This document shows, piece after piece, positions 54,901 to 64,000 of a DNA stretch of 64,000 nt. This stretch comes from an uncultured Solirubrobacteraceae bacterium (lineage in GTDB: Bacteria > Actinomycetota > Thermoleophilia > Solirubrobacterales > Solirubrobacteraceae): positions 23,158 to 87,157 of the forward strand of contig CAWGER010000004.1 of NCBI GenBank assembly GCA_963821655.1. The letters run 5' to 3'. Under the pieces are notes generated by a model. That model had not been told where the DNA came from, did no database searches, and worked only from the letters and a program-made list of their open reading frames with translations. Position numbers and translations under genes: made by a program. The first letter of the stretch is position 1. Every line of letters begins with the position of its first letter.

Positions 54901-57900
54901 ATGGCCCGCGACTACCTGAAAGCCATCTCCGAGCGCGTCGTCGTGTACGACGGCGGCATGGGCGCCACGCTCGAGCAGTTCGACCTGACGAGCGAGGACT
55001 ACGGCGGCCTGGCCGGCAAGTGCCACGAGGCGCTCGTGCTCAACCGTCCCGACGTGATCGAGGGGGTGCACGCCTCGATGCTCGAGGCCGGGGCCGAAGT
55101 CCTCGAGACCGACACGTTCCAGGCGTCGCGGATCAAGCTGGGCGAGTGGGGTCTAGCCGACCACACGGTCGAGATCAACACGAGCGCGGCACAGATCGCG
55201 CGCAAGGCGGCGGGCGAGGATCGGTTCGTGGCGGGCTCGATCGGGCCCACCGGATACCTGCCCGCCTCAGAGGACCCCTCGCTGGGGCAGATCCGCTTCT
55301 CCGAGCTGGTCGAGGTCTTCACCGAGCAGGCCGAGGGACTGATCGACGGCGGGGTCGATCTGCTCATCATCGAGACGGCGCAGGACATCCTGGAGGTCAA
55401 GGCGTCCGTGTTCGGCGCCCGGGCCGCCTTCAAGAGCACGGGCCGCACCGTGCCCATCCACACCTCGGTGTCGCTGCTGCCCAACGGCGGCAAGATGCTG
55501 CTCGGGACAGACATCTCGGCGGTGCTGACCACGCTCGAGGCGCTCAATGTCGACGTGATCGGGCTGAACTGCTCGACCGGCCCGGAGGACATGCGCGACG
55601 CGATCCGCTTCCTCGGAGAGTTCTGCCCGGTGCCCGTGGCCTGCATCCCCAACGCCGGGCTGCCCCTGCAGGGCCCGGACGGAGAGACGATCTTCCCCGA
55701 GCAGCCCGAACCGCTGGCCGAGGCGCTGAAGGAGTTCGTCGAGCGCTACGGCGTCGGCATCGTGGGCGGCTGCTGCGGCACGACGCCCGCGCACATCGCC
55801 GCGATCGCGCGAGCGGGTCGCCGGACGACCGGTTGCACCGCGTCCGGCCCCCCGCGCGCCCCACCTGTCATCGATGATCGCCGCCGTCACCCTGGTGCAG
55901 GAGCCGGCGCCGACGATGGTGGGCGAGCGCGTGAACTCCCAGGGCTCGCGCAAGGCCAAGGAGCTCCTGCTGGCCGACGACTACGACGGGCTCCTGCAGA
56001 TCGCCGAGGACCAGGTCGCCGGCGGCGCGCACGTGCTCGACCTGTGTGTGGCGCTGACCGAGCGCTCCGATGAGGACGAACAGATGCGCCTGGTGGCCAA
56101 GAAGGTCTCGCTCACCCAGCCCGCTCCGATCCAGGTCGACTCGACCGAGCCCGAGGTGATCGAACGGGCGCTCGAGCAGATCCCCGGCCGGGCGATCGTC
56201 AACTCGGTGAACCTCGAGGCCGGCCGCGCCAAGCTCGACCGCGTCGTACCGGTCGCGCTCGCGCACGGGGCAGCGCTGATCGCGCTGACGATCGACGAGG
56301 TGGGCATGGCAAAGACGGCGGAGCGAAAGGTGGAGATCGCCAAGCGCATCCGCGATCTGTGCTGCGAGGAGCACGGCATGGACCCCGAGCTGTTGATCTT
56401 CGACTGCCTCACGTTCACGCTGACGACCGGCGACGAGGAGTGGCGACCGTCGGCCGTCGAGACGATCGCCGGCATCCGGGCGATCAAGGCGGAGATTCCG
56501 TCGGTGAAGACCTCACTGGGGGTCTCCAACGTCTCCTTCGGCGTCTCCCCCGGCGCCCGGGCGGTGCTCAACTCGGTCTTCCTGCACCACTGCGTGGACG
56601 CGGGCCTTGACCTGGCGATGGTCAACCCGAACCACATCACCCCCTACTCGGAGATCTCAGAGTCAGAGCGCGAGCTGGCGGACGACCTCGTGTTCAACCG
56701 TCGCGAGGATGCGCTCGAGCGGTTCATCGCCCACTTCGAGTCAAAAGGGGAGGAGGAGAGTCAGAGCGCCGCCGACCCCACGGAGGGGATGGAGCCCGAG
56801 GAGGCGCTCCACTTTCACATCCTCCGTCGCCGCAAGGAGGGGGTGGAGGACTGGATCGACAGGAGCGTCGAGAAGATCGGCGCCGTGCCCACGCTCAACG
56901 AGGTGCTGCTGCCCGCCATGAAGGAGGTGGGCGACAAGTTCGGCGCCGGCGAACTGATCCTGCCGTTCGTGCTCCAGTCTGCCGAGGTGATGAAGAAGGC
57001 GGTCGCACAGCTCGAGAAATACCTCGACAAGATCGAGGGCTACACGAAGGGCACGGTCGTTCTGGCGACCGTGTTCGGCGACGTGCATGACATCGGCAAG
57101 TCGCTCGTGAACACGATTCTGACCAACAATGGCTACACGGTGGTGGACCTGGGCAAGCAGGTGCCGATCCAGACGATCCTGGACGCCGCGGTGGAGCACG
57201 AGGCCACTGCGATCGGGCTGTCCGCGCTGCTCGTGTCCACCTCAAAGCAGATGCCCGCGTGCATCCAGGAGCTCCACTCAAAACAGCTGTCCTACCCGGT
57301 GCTGATCGGCGGCGCCGCGATCAACCGCGCGTTCAGCTACCGCACGCTGTACCCCGGCGGCAAGGAGTCCGATGAGATGTATGAGCCGGGGGTCTTCTAC
57401 TGCAAGGATGCCTTCGAGGGCCTGGCGGTGATGGACCAGCTGATCGACTCCGACGCGCACGAGGCGCTCCTTGCGAAGCTGCGCACAGGCGCCACCGAGT
57501 TCCGCGAGAAGGGAGATGCGCCGGTCGAGGAGGTCGATCTGACAGACGATTCGGTCCGCTCGCCGGCTCGTACCGACATGCCCGTGCCGACGCCGCCGTT
57601 CTGGGGGGTGCAGGAGATCGCGGTCGATCTGGACGAGGTCTACCGCCATCTCGACACGCACGTGCTCTTCAAGCTCCACTGGGGCGGCAAGGGCGTCAAA
57701 GGCGAGGCCTGGCAGACGCTGCTGCGCGATGACTTCCGCCCCCGCCTGGAGCGGATGTGGCGCGAGCAGACCTACCTGCATCCGCGCGCTCTGCTCGGTT
57801 TCTTCCCCTGCTACTCGCTGGGGAACGACATCATCGTGCTGGATCCCGAGGACCGTGCCACCGAGCTCACGCGCTTCGTCTGCCCGCGCCAGCCCAAGGG

Positions 57901-58474
57901 CGACCGCATCTGCCTGGCCGACTTCTTCCGCCCGGCCGTCGACGGCGCACCGCCGCCCGAGCTGGACGTGATCGCGGTGCAGGCGGTGACGGTCGGCTCC
58001 GAGGTGACCGAGCTGATGGCCAAACTCGAGTCAGACGGTGAGTTCGCCGAACAGCTGTTTGTCCACGGCCTGGGAGTGCAGACCGCCGAGGGCCTCGCCG
58101 AGTGGCTGCACTTCCGCGTGCGCGAGATGCTCGAGATCGACGCGACGCAGGGGCGGCGCTACTCCTGGGGCTACCCGGCCGTGCCCGAGCAGTCAGAGCA
58201 TCTGAAGGTCGAGAAGCTGCTGGGCCTCGAGCAGATCGGGATGACCATCACCGACGGCTACGCCCCCGAGCCCGAGCAGTCGACGCTCGCGCTCGTCGCC
58301 CACCATCCACAGGCGATCTACTTCGGCACGCGCCAGGGGCGCCTGCTGCCGGACGGCTCGCCCGATGACCTGATCCGGGGCTCGAGCCGCGACCCCTCCC
58401 TGTTCGGCGACCTCGACGACTCTGACCCACCTGAAGGGGCCGTCGAGGAGGAGGACGAGCCCGCGCTCACCTAA
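54901..58474 (+). CDS. metH: Cobalamin-dependent methionine synthase (frameshift near 55810)
   Basis: DGGMG, GLNC, GGCCGT Hcy domain; GERVN pterin domain; GDVHDIGK B12 motif; RYSWGYPA activation domain. Confidence 0.95.
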
Positions 58475-59109
58475 TCGTCGCGCGGTGGAGGGCGGAACAG
58501 GATCCGCTTGACCTCCGAGGCAGAGCCCCCGCTGAGGCGAAGGGCGGTCTGAAAGCCATCAGCTCCGAGCTCGCCCGCATCGAGGGCGCGGCGAAGCTCG
58601 TTGAGCGTCGTGTGGTCCTCCTCGCGAACCTGATCGCGGGCGGTCTCGAGCAGGATCAGATGGCGGGGGCGCTTGAGCGCGGAGGCCATGCGCACGAACG
58701 GCTCACGCTCCTCCGCTCGCAGGGTGTCCGCGCCGAGCACGACGGTCTCCCTGGCCTCCAGGCGTTTGTGGACGGCCGCCTGCAGAAGCTCCTGCGCGCG
58801 CGGCTCCATCTCCTCCGCGGCGACCCGTCCGGCCAGCAGGCCGCGCACCTTGTCGAGGGACAGCAGGCAGGCGCGATCCTCGATCAGACGCTCGAGGAAG
58901 CCGTCGCGCTCGGCCGCTGAGGCAGAGACCACGACCAAGAGGCTTCCGGGGGAGTAGCGCAGGCGGTCGGCGGGTGAGAGCACGCGGCAGTGGACGGCGA
59001 GGTTGGCGGGGCGGGGAGGCGCTCCGTCGGGACGGGGACGATCTGAGGACCAGCCGGTGCGCTCATCGGCTGAGATCTTGACGCTGCGGGAGGGGGGTCG
59101 GCTGGCCAT
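58471..59109 (-). CDS. AAA_33/kinase-like protein with degenerate P-loop
   Basis: PGSLLVVVSASAAERDGF...LSLDKVR...TVVL..T..ER resembles the polynucleotide-kinase fold but lacks GKS/T. Confidence 0.55.
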   Translation of the reverse strand: MASRPPSRSVKISADERTGWSSDRPRPDGAPPRPANLAVHCRVLSPADRLRYSPGSLLVVVSASAAERDGFLERLIEDRACLLSLDKVRGLLAGRVAAEEMEPRAQELLQAAVHKRLEARETVVLGADTLRAEEREPFVRMASALKRPRHLILLETARDQVREEDHTTLNELRRALDAGELGADGFQTALRLSGGSASEVKRILFRPPPRDD

Positions 59110-59260
59110 ACCCCCATCATGCCCTAAACGCAGGCCCGCACCCGGCCTGGCCTAAACGCTTACTTTTGGCGGCTGCGGTCAACTTGGCCCCCAGCGTGAA
59201 CGATGCCGAGGATCAGTACGGACGCCACACGATCCTGTGACCACGTTAGGGGGACGATTG

Positions 59261-59611
59261 ATGAAGCGCCGCCTCGCACCCATCCTCATCGCCATGATGC
59301 TCCTCGGAGCGCTGGCCGCCTCGGCCCAGGCCCAGCATCACAGTCGATCGCTCAGCGTGGCTTCCGGAAAAGCGGCGATCGCTCGCAGCGCGCGAACGAT
59401 GACCTACGCGCTGGCGAGTGGGGGTTCGGGGGCGCCGATGAGTTGGGAAGTCTTCGCCTGCAGCAAGCGCGGCGCCGACGTGATCTGCACAGCTCAATGG
59501 CTGACGAACGAGAAGTGCTCGGTAGGCATGGAGGCTCTTCCAGCCAAGCCGGCAATCAGGGTCAGACAGCTCGGCAAGCTGCAGTGCACGCCGTGGAGCG
59601 GCGAGGAATAG
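59261..59611 (+). CDS. Small secreted Cys-containing protein
   Basis: MKRR plus hydrophobic segment, AQA cleavage site, four Cys. Confidence 0.65.
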   Translation: MKRRLAPILIAMMLLGALAASAQAQHHSRSLSVASGKAAIARSARTMTYALASGGSGAPMSWEVFACSKRGADVICTAQWLTNEKCSVGMEALPAKPAIRVRQLGKLQCTPWSGEE

Positions 59612-59673
59612 GTCTCGCACCCCGCCGTCGTCCAACTTGCCGACCGGCCCCGATCACGACGTTGGGGCCAGCC

Positions 59674-59958
59674 TCAGACCGCGCGAGCGCCGGCGTCTAA
59701 CGACCCGTCCCGTGCCGCGGCGATCAGCGCAAGCTTGCCGGCACGATCGAGTCGCTTGATCCGCGCCTCCTCGCGCCGAGCCGCCGCCCGGTCGATCATC
59801 GGCGCGACGAACGCCAGCTCCACCGGCAGGCGGCTCGCGGTGTACCTGCTGGCCTTGCCGGCCCGGTGTCGGGCGAGGCGTCGCTCAACGTCGGTGCTCC
59901 AGCCGGTGTACAGCGAACCGTCGGCGCAGCAGAGCATGTAGACCCAGGCATCCGGCAT
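59674..59958 (-). CDS. GIY-YIG nuclease family protein (UPF0213/YhbQ-like)
   Basis: WVYMLCCADGSLYTGWSTDVERRL..H..GK.SRYT, EARIK. Confidence 0.9.
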   Translation of the reverse strand: MPDAWVYMLCCADGSLYTGWSTDVERRLARHRAGKASRYTASRLPVELAFVAPMIDRAAARREEARIKRLDRAGKLALIAAARDGSLDAGARAV

Positions 59959-60096
59959 TCGCTTGGATACGCCACGGCGTCGTCGATGCCTGCCCGGGCA
60001 AACAGATAGGGCCCGCAGACGAGGCTCTGCCCGGCATTCCTACGCCTCTCCCGGCATTCAGACCGTTACACGCGCGCGAGGCGCTCTCGAGCAGTC

Positions 60097-62504
60097 TCAG
60101 TCGCTGCGCACGGCGCCGTACCGAGACTCCGGAAGCACGGGCAGCTTCACGGGCGTCGCGTGCATGGTGCGCAGGCGCACGTCCTTCCAGGAGAGGCCCT
60201 CGTTCACGAGCGCGGGCAGGCCCATGATGAGCGCGGCCGCGACCTCGACGGCCTGCAGGACGATGCCGTAGGCGATGGCTTCGGGTGTGGAGACGTGGTA
60301 GGCGCCGGCGAGCACGGCCACGCAGGCGGCCTGGAAGACGCCGACGTTGGCGGGCGTGGCGGGGACGACGGCGGTGACGTTGACGGCGAACAGCACCCCG
60401 GCCGCGGCTGCAACACCCGCATGGGAGTCCAGGCCGAGTGCCATCAGCAGAAGCCAGCAGGACAGCCACTGCAGTGCCCACGCACCGAGCTGGGCGACGG
60501 TGGCGATGATTGCCCGGCGGGGCCGGCGAAAGACGCGCAGTCCGTCGCGCAGGCGCAGCAGCGAACGCCGCAGGCCGGTGAGCAGGGCCTGCAGCCGGCG
60601 CGAGCGCGAGGCGGCGGCGCGCGGGATGAGCACGGGCGCGAGCAGCACCGCGACCAGCGCGGCCAGGGGAGCGAGCGCGACCAGGAGCAGCGGGCGGTCG
60701 TGACCGTCGAGGACGCTGACGTTTGAAAGCGTGACCCCGGCAAGGATGGTGAGCGCGAGCAGGTTCAGCAGCGTCTGGGAGACCATCGTGCCGAGCACCA
60801 CGGGCAGGGTCTCGCGCGCGCGCCCGAGGCGGCGGGCGACGATCAGCGCACGCGAGGGCTCGCCCAGGCGGAGGGGCAGGGTCGAGGACATGAGGACACC
60901 TATGAACGTGCCCTGCATGGCGTCGCGGCGTTTCGCGCGACGCCAGGTCGGGGCAGCGACGAGGATCGAGTGCCAGGCGAGCGCGCGGACGAACATGGCT
61001 GCGCACATCAGGCCGAGGCCGGCGACGAGCAGACCGGGCTTTGAGGCGACGAGCGAGGCGGCCACGCGGGCCGACGCCGACCCGTTGCAGCGCCAGCGCG
61101 GCGAGCCCTGCGCCCGCGAGTGAGCTTGTCAGGAGCGCGACCCGGCGAAGCGCGCGCAGACGCCGCGGAGGGACGGCCTGGGCGGGTGCGGTCTGGAGGC
61201 TCGCCAGCCGCTGGGCGGGGATGCGCGGCTGCAGGTCGGCGGGCGCGAAGCCATGGCGGACAGCCGCGCGACCGATCGCGGTCGCGGGCGACCCGACCGA
61301 GCGGGCCTGCTCGTAGCAGTCGAGCACTTCGGCGGCGACGTGCGGCCAGGCGAAACGCTCGGCTCGCTCCCGGGCGGCAACGGCCATGCGCGCGCGGCGG
61401 GCGGGGTCGAGCGCGAGCCCGCGTAAGGCCTCGGCCAGTCCGAGCGCATCGCCGGGGGCGACGAGCTGCCCGTCGAGACCGTCGCGGACGACGTCGCGGT
61501 AGCCGGGAATGTCCGAGGCGACGACGGGCGTGGCCGCGGCGAACGCCTCGGTCAGGATCATCCCGAAGCTCTCACCGTGAAGTGAGGGCGCACACAGCAC
61601 CTCGGCGCGCGCGAGCTCTGAGAGCTTGCGCTGCTCGGAGACCTTGCCGAGCGCATGCACGCCCCGGTCGTCGAGCATCATGTGGGCGACCTCCTCGGGG
61701 CAGGCGCCGACGAGGGTGAGCGTGGCCGGCACGTGCTCGCGCAGCGCTTCGAACGCACGCAGCAGGATCGGCAGCCCCTTGCGTTCGACGGCCTGACCGA
61801 TGAACAGGATCCGCAGCTGCCGCTGCTCGGAGTCCGTGTCCGCGTCTGGAGATTCCCCGCGCTGCGGAGCGTACGCGAGCTGCCCGGTGTCCGCGAACGC
61901 TGCCGTCGTCGTGCGGCAGGCCGTCGGCGGCCGGCAGGTGCACGCCGTTGGGGATGATGCGGTAGCGCCCGCCGTAGAAGCGCCGGGCCGTCCAGGCGGC
62001 GGCCTCGGAGACGGCGATGCGCACATGCAGGTGGTTCATGCGCCGGCGCCCGCCGAGGGGAACGGCCGCGAAGCCGTTGGTGAGGGTGTTCTCGGAGTAG
62101 GTGTGAAAGGTGCCGACGCGCGGTAGATCGCCCGCGGAGCACAGCGCGTCCCAGCCCACGAGGGGGACGACCGGCTCGTGGATGTGGACGACGTCGTAGC
62201 CGCCCTCCTGAAGCTCGCGGCGCAGGGCGAAGACCGAGTGCGGGCTGAGCGCCATGTTCGAGACCGCGCCGTTGGCGGGGATGCCGACGGTACGACCGAG
62301 GGAGACGAACTGCTCGGGCACCGAGCGCTGCTGCGGGCGGGCACCGCGGTGCAGGCGAACGGAGAGTGCGTCGTCGGGGTCGAACGGCGACAGGATGCGC
62401 GGTTCGTGGCCGCTCGCCGTCAACTCGCCCGCGAGCGCCTCGATGTGGCGGGTGACACCCCCCGGGTAGGTCCAGGAGTACGGCGAAAGCAACGCGATCC
62501 GCAC
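60097..62504 (-). CDS. GT4 (PimA-like) glycosyltransferase fused to LPG-synthase/flippase TM domain (frameshifts near 61900 and 61075)
   Basis: RIALLSPYSWTYPGGV, HIHEP, GTFH, IPNGV, RKG, ESFGMILTEA; then RLGEPSRA, PATPANVGVFQ TM domain. Confidence 0.8.
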
Positions 62505-62590
62505 AGTCGCACTGTATCCCCTGAGCAGGCGGACGGCAACGTGGACGTCGCCGTGTCGAGCGGCCATGTCCGGGTGCGATAATCGAGGCC

Positions 62591-63293
62591 GTGAGCGCAC
62601 GTCATTTCGTCAAGTACACGTTCCTGAAGCTCGACCCGGCCTGGCGCCGACTCGAGTCGGGCCGCCGCGAGCAGGACAAGCGCGAGCTGATGGCCGCGTG
62701 CGAGGACTTCGCCGACGGGCACCTGCTGCAGGCCTTCTCGCTGGTGGGCACGCGCGGGGACGCCGAGCTGATGCTCCTCGCAGAGGCCGAGAACCTCGAG
62801 CGCATCCACGAGTTCCACGTGGTGCTGGCCCAGAGCGGGTTGATGAAGTGGGCTGAGACCCCGTACTCGTTCCTGGGGATGCGCAAGAGCTCTGAGTACT
62901 CCGAAGACGAGCGCTCAACCCCACGCGCGTTCAAGGGCAAGGTATGTGTTCGTGTACCCGTTCGTGAAGTCACGCGAGTGGTACGCCCTCCCTGCCGAGG
63001 AGCGCTGGCGGATCATGCAGGGACACATCGCGATCGGACGGGAATACCCGGGCGTCGACAATCACACCGCCTACTCGTTCGGGCTGGACGATCAGGAGTT
63101 CGTGGTGGCGTTCGATACGGACGACGTCGGCACGTTCCTGGATCTCGTGCAGCGGCTGCGCACGACCGAGGCGTCGCGGTACACGGTGCGCGACACCCCG
63201 AGCTTCACGTGCATCAGGATGTCGCTGGAGCGAGCGCTGAACGCGCTCGACGGCGAGCCGGTCACGTTCGCGGCCGCGCTGCCGGCGGCCTGA
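62591..63293 (+). CDS. Chlorite dismutase family protein / coproheme decarboxylase-like (frameshift near 62942)
   Basis: FVYPFVKSREWY.LP.EER.RIMQGH, YSFGLDDQEFVVAF. Confidence 0.85.
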
Positions 63294-63298
63294 GCGCC

Positions 63299-63932
63299 GT
63301 GCCCCCCTCTCCCCGCAAGGCCTTGGCGCATCTGCGCTCGGCCGACCCGGTGCTGGCGGAGATCATCGAGCAGACAGGCCAGCTGGGCAACGCGCGCGAT
63401 GGTCGTCCCGAGCGCGAGGATCACTACGGCGCTCTGGTGCGCACGATCGTCGGCCAACAGCTGTCCGTGCTCGCGGCCCGCGCGATCTACGGGCGGCTGA
63501 CCGACGCGCTTCGGCGAACGCCCGCCCACGCCTGAGGAGATCCTCGCCGACGATCCGGAAGAGCTGCGGGCCGCCGCCGGTCTGTCACGCGCGAAGGTCA
63601 GCTACCTGCGCTCGCTCGCCGAGCACGTCATCTCCGGTGAACTCGAGCTGGAGCGGTTGGACGAGCTGGAGGACGAGGACGTGATCGCCGAGCTCGTCGC
63701 GGTCAAGGGCCTTGGCATGTGGAGCGCGCAGATGTTCCTGATGTTCCACCTCGAGCGCCCCGACGTGCTGCCCGTCGGCGACCTCGGCATCCGCCGCGCG
63801 ATCGAACGCGCCTACAGCCTCGACGCGCTGCCCGAGGCCGAAGCGATCGAGACGATCGCCGAGCCCTGGCGCCCGTACCGAACCCTGGCGTGCAGGTACC
63901 TGTGGCGCTCGCTGCAGAACGAGCCGGGGTAA
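63299..63932 (+). CDS. alkA: DNA-3-methyladenine glycosylase II family (frameshift near 63510)
   Basis: LVRTIVGQQLSV.AA, GLSRAK, VKGLGMWSAQMFL, LPVGDLG, WRPYRT. Confidence 0.85.
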
Positions 63933-64000
63933 GAGCGCGGGCTCCGCGGTTTGACAACTGTTTGACGAAGTTCGCGCGCGGTAGGCTTGGTCGGCATGTG

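Noticed and set aside
59674-59958. GIY-YIG gene as a homing endonuclease or mobile element
   Set aside because: It is a short stand-alone UPF0213-type protein with no intron, terminal repeats or transposase.

Overview
GC-rich actinobacterial DNA. Gene content and protein style suggest Thermoleophilia/Solirubrobacterales (inference). Many single-base indels break otherwise intact genes, including tilS, folP and metH, which points to long-read assembly errors rather than pseudogenes. Housekeeping content: a cyclase-tilS-hpt-ftsH-folP-folB run, a TPP riboswitch with a thiXYZ-type ABC transporter, pfkA, type III glnA, metH, a chlorite-dismutase/ChdC-like gene, a GT4-flippase fusion and a collagen-like surface protein. 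The top candidate for a new system is 26.1-35.8 kb. It holds a two-component system, two membrane-anchored beta-propellers, two cytochrome-b-like membrane proteins, a signal-less ApbE flavin transferase, a stand-alone NuoF-like protein and a ferredoxin. It also encodes two paralogous exported low-complexity proteins that both end in PVVSGGS-stop, a candidate flavinylation site. Three promoters in this region share the same triple-heptamer / -10 / leaderless-start geometry. Other notable items: a divergent SPT-like + bCerS-like pair (possible ceramide synthesis), an mIHF-like gene with a perfect SOS box and a structured leader, a perfect CRP site upstream of an MMPL gene, and a TPP riboswitch with a shortened J4/5. 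No rRNA, tRNA, CRISPR array or mobile element was found.
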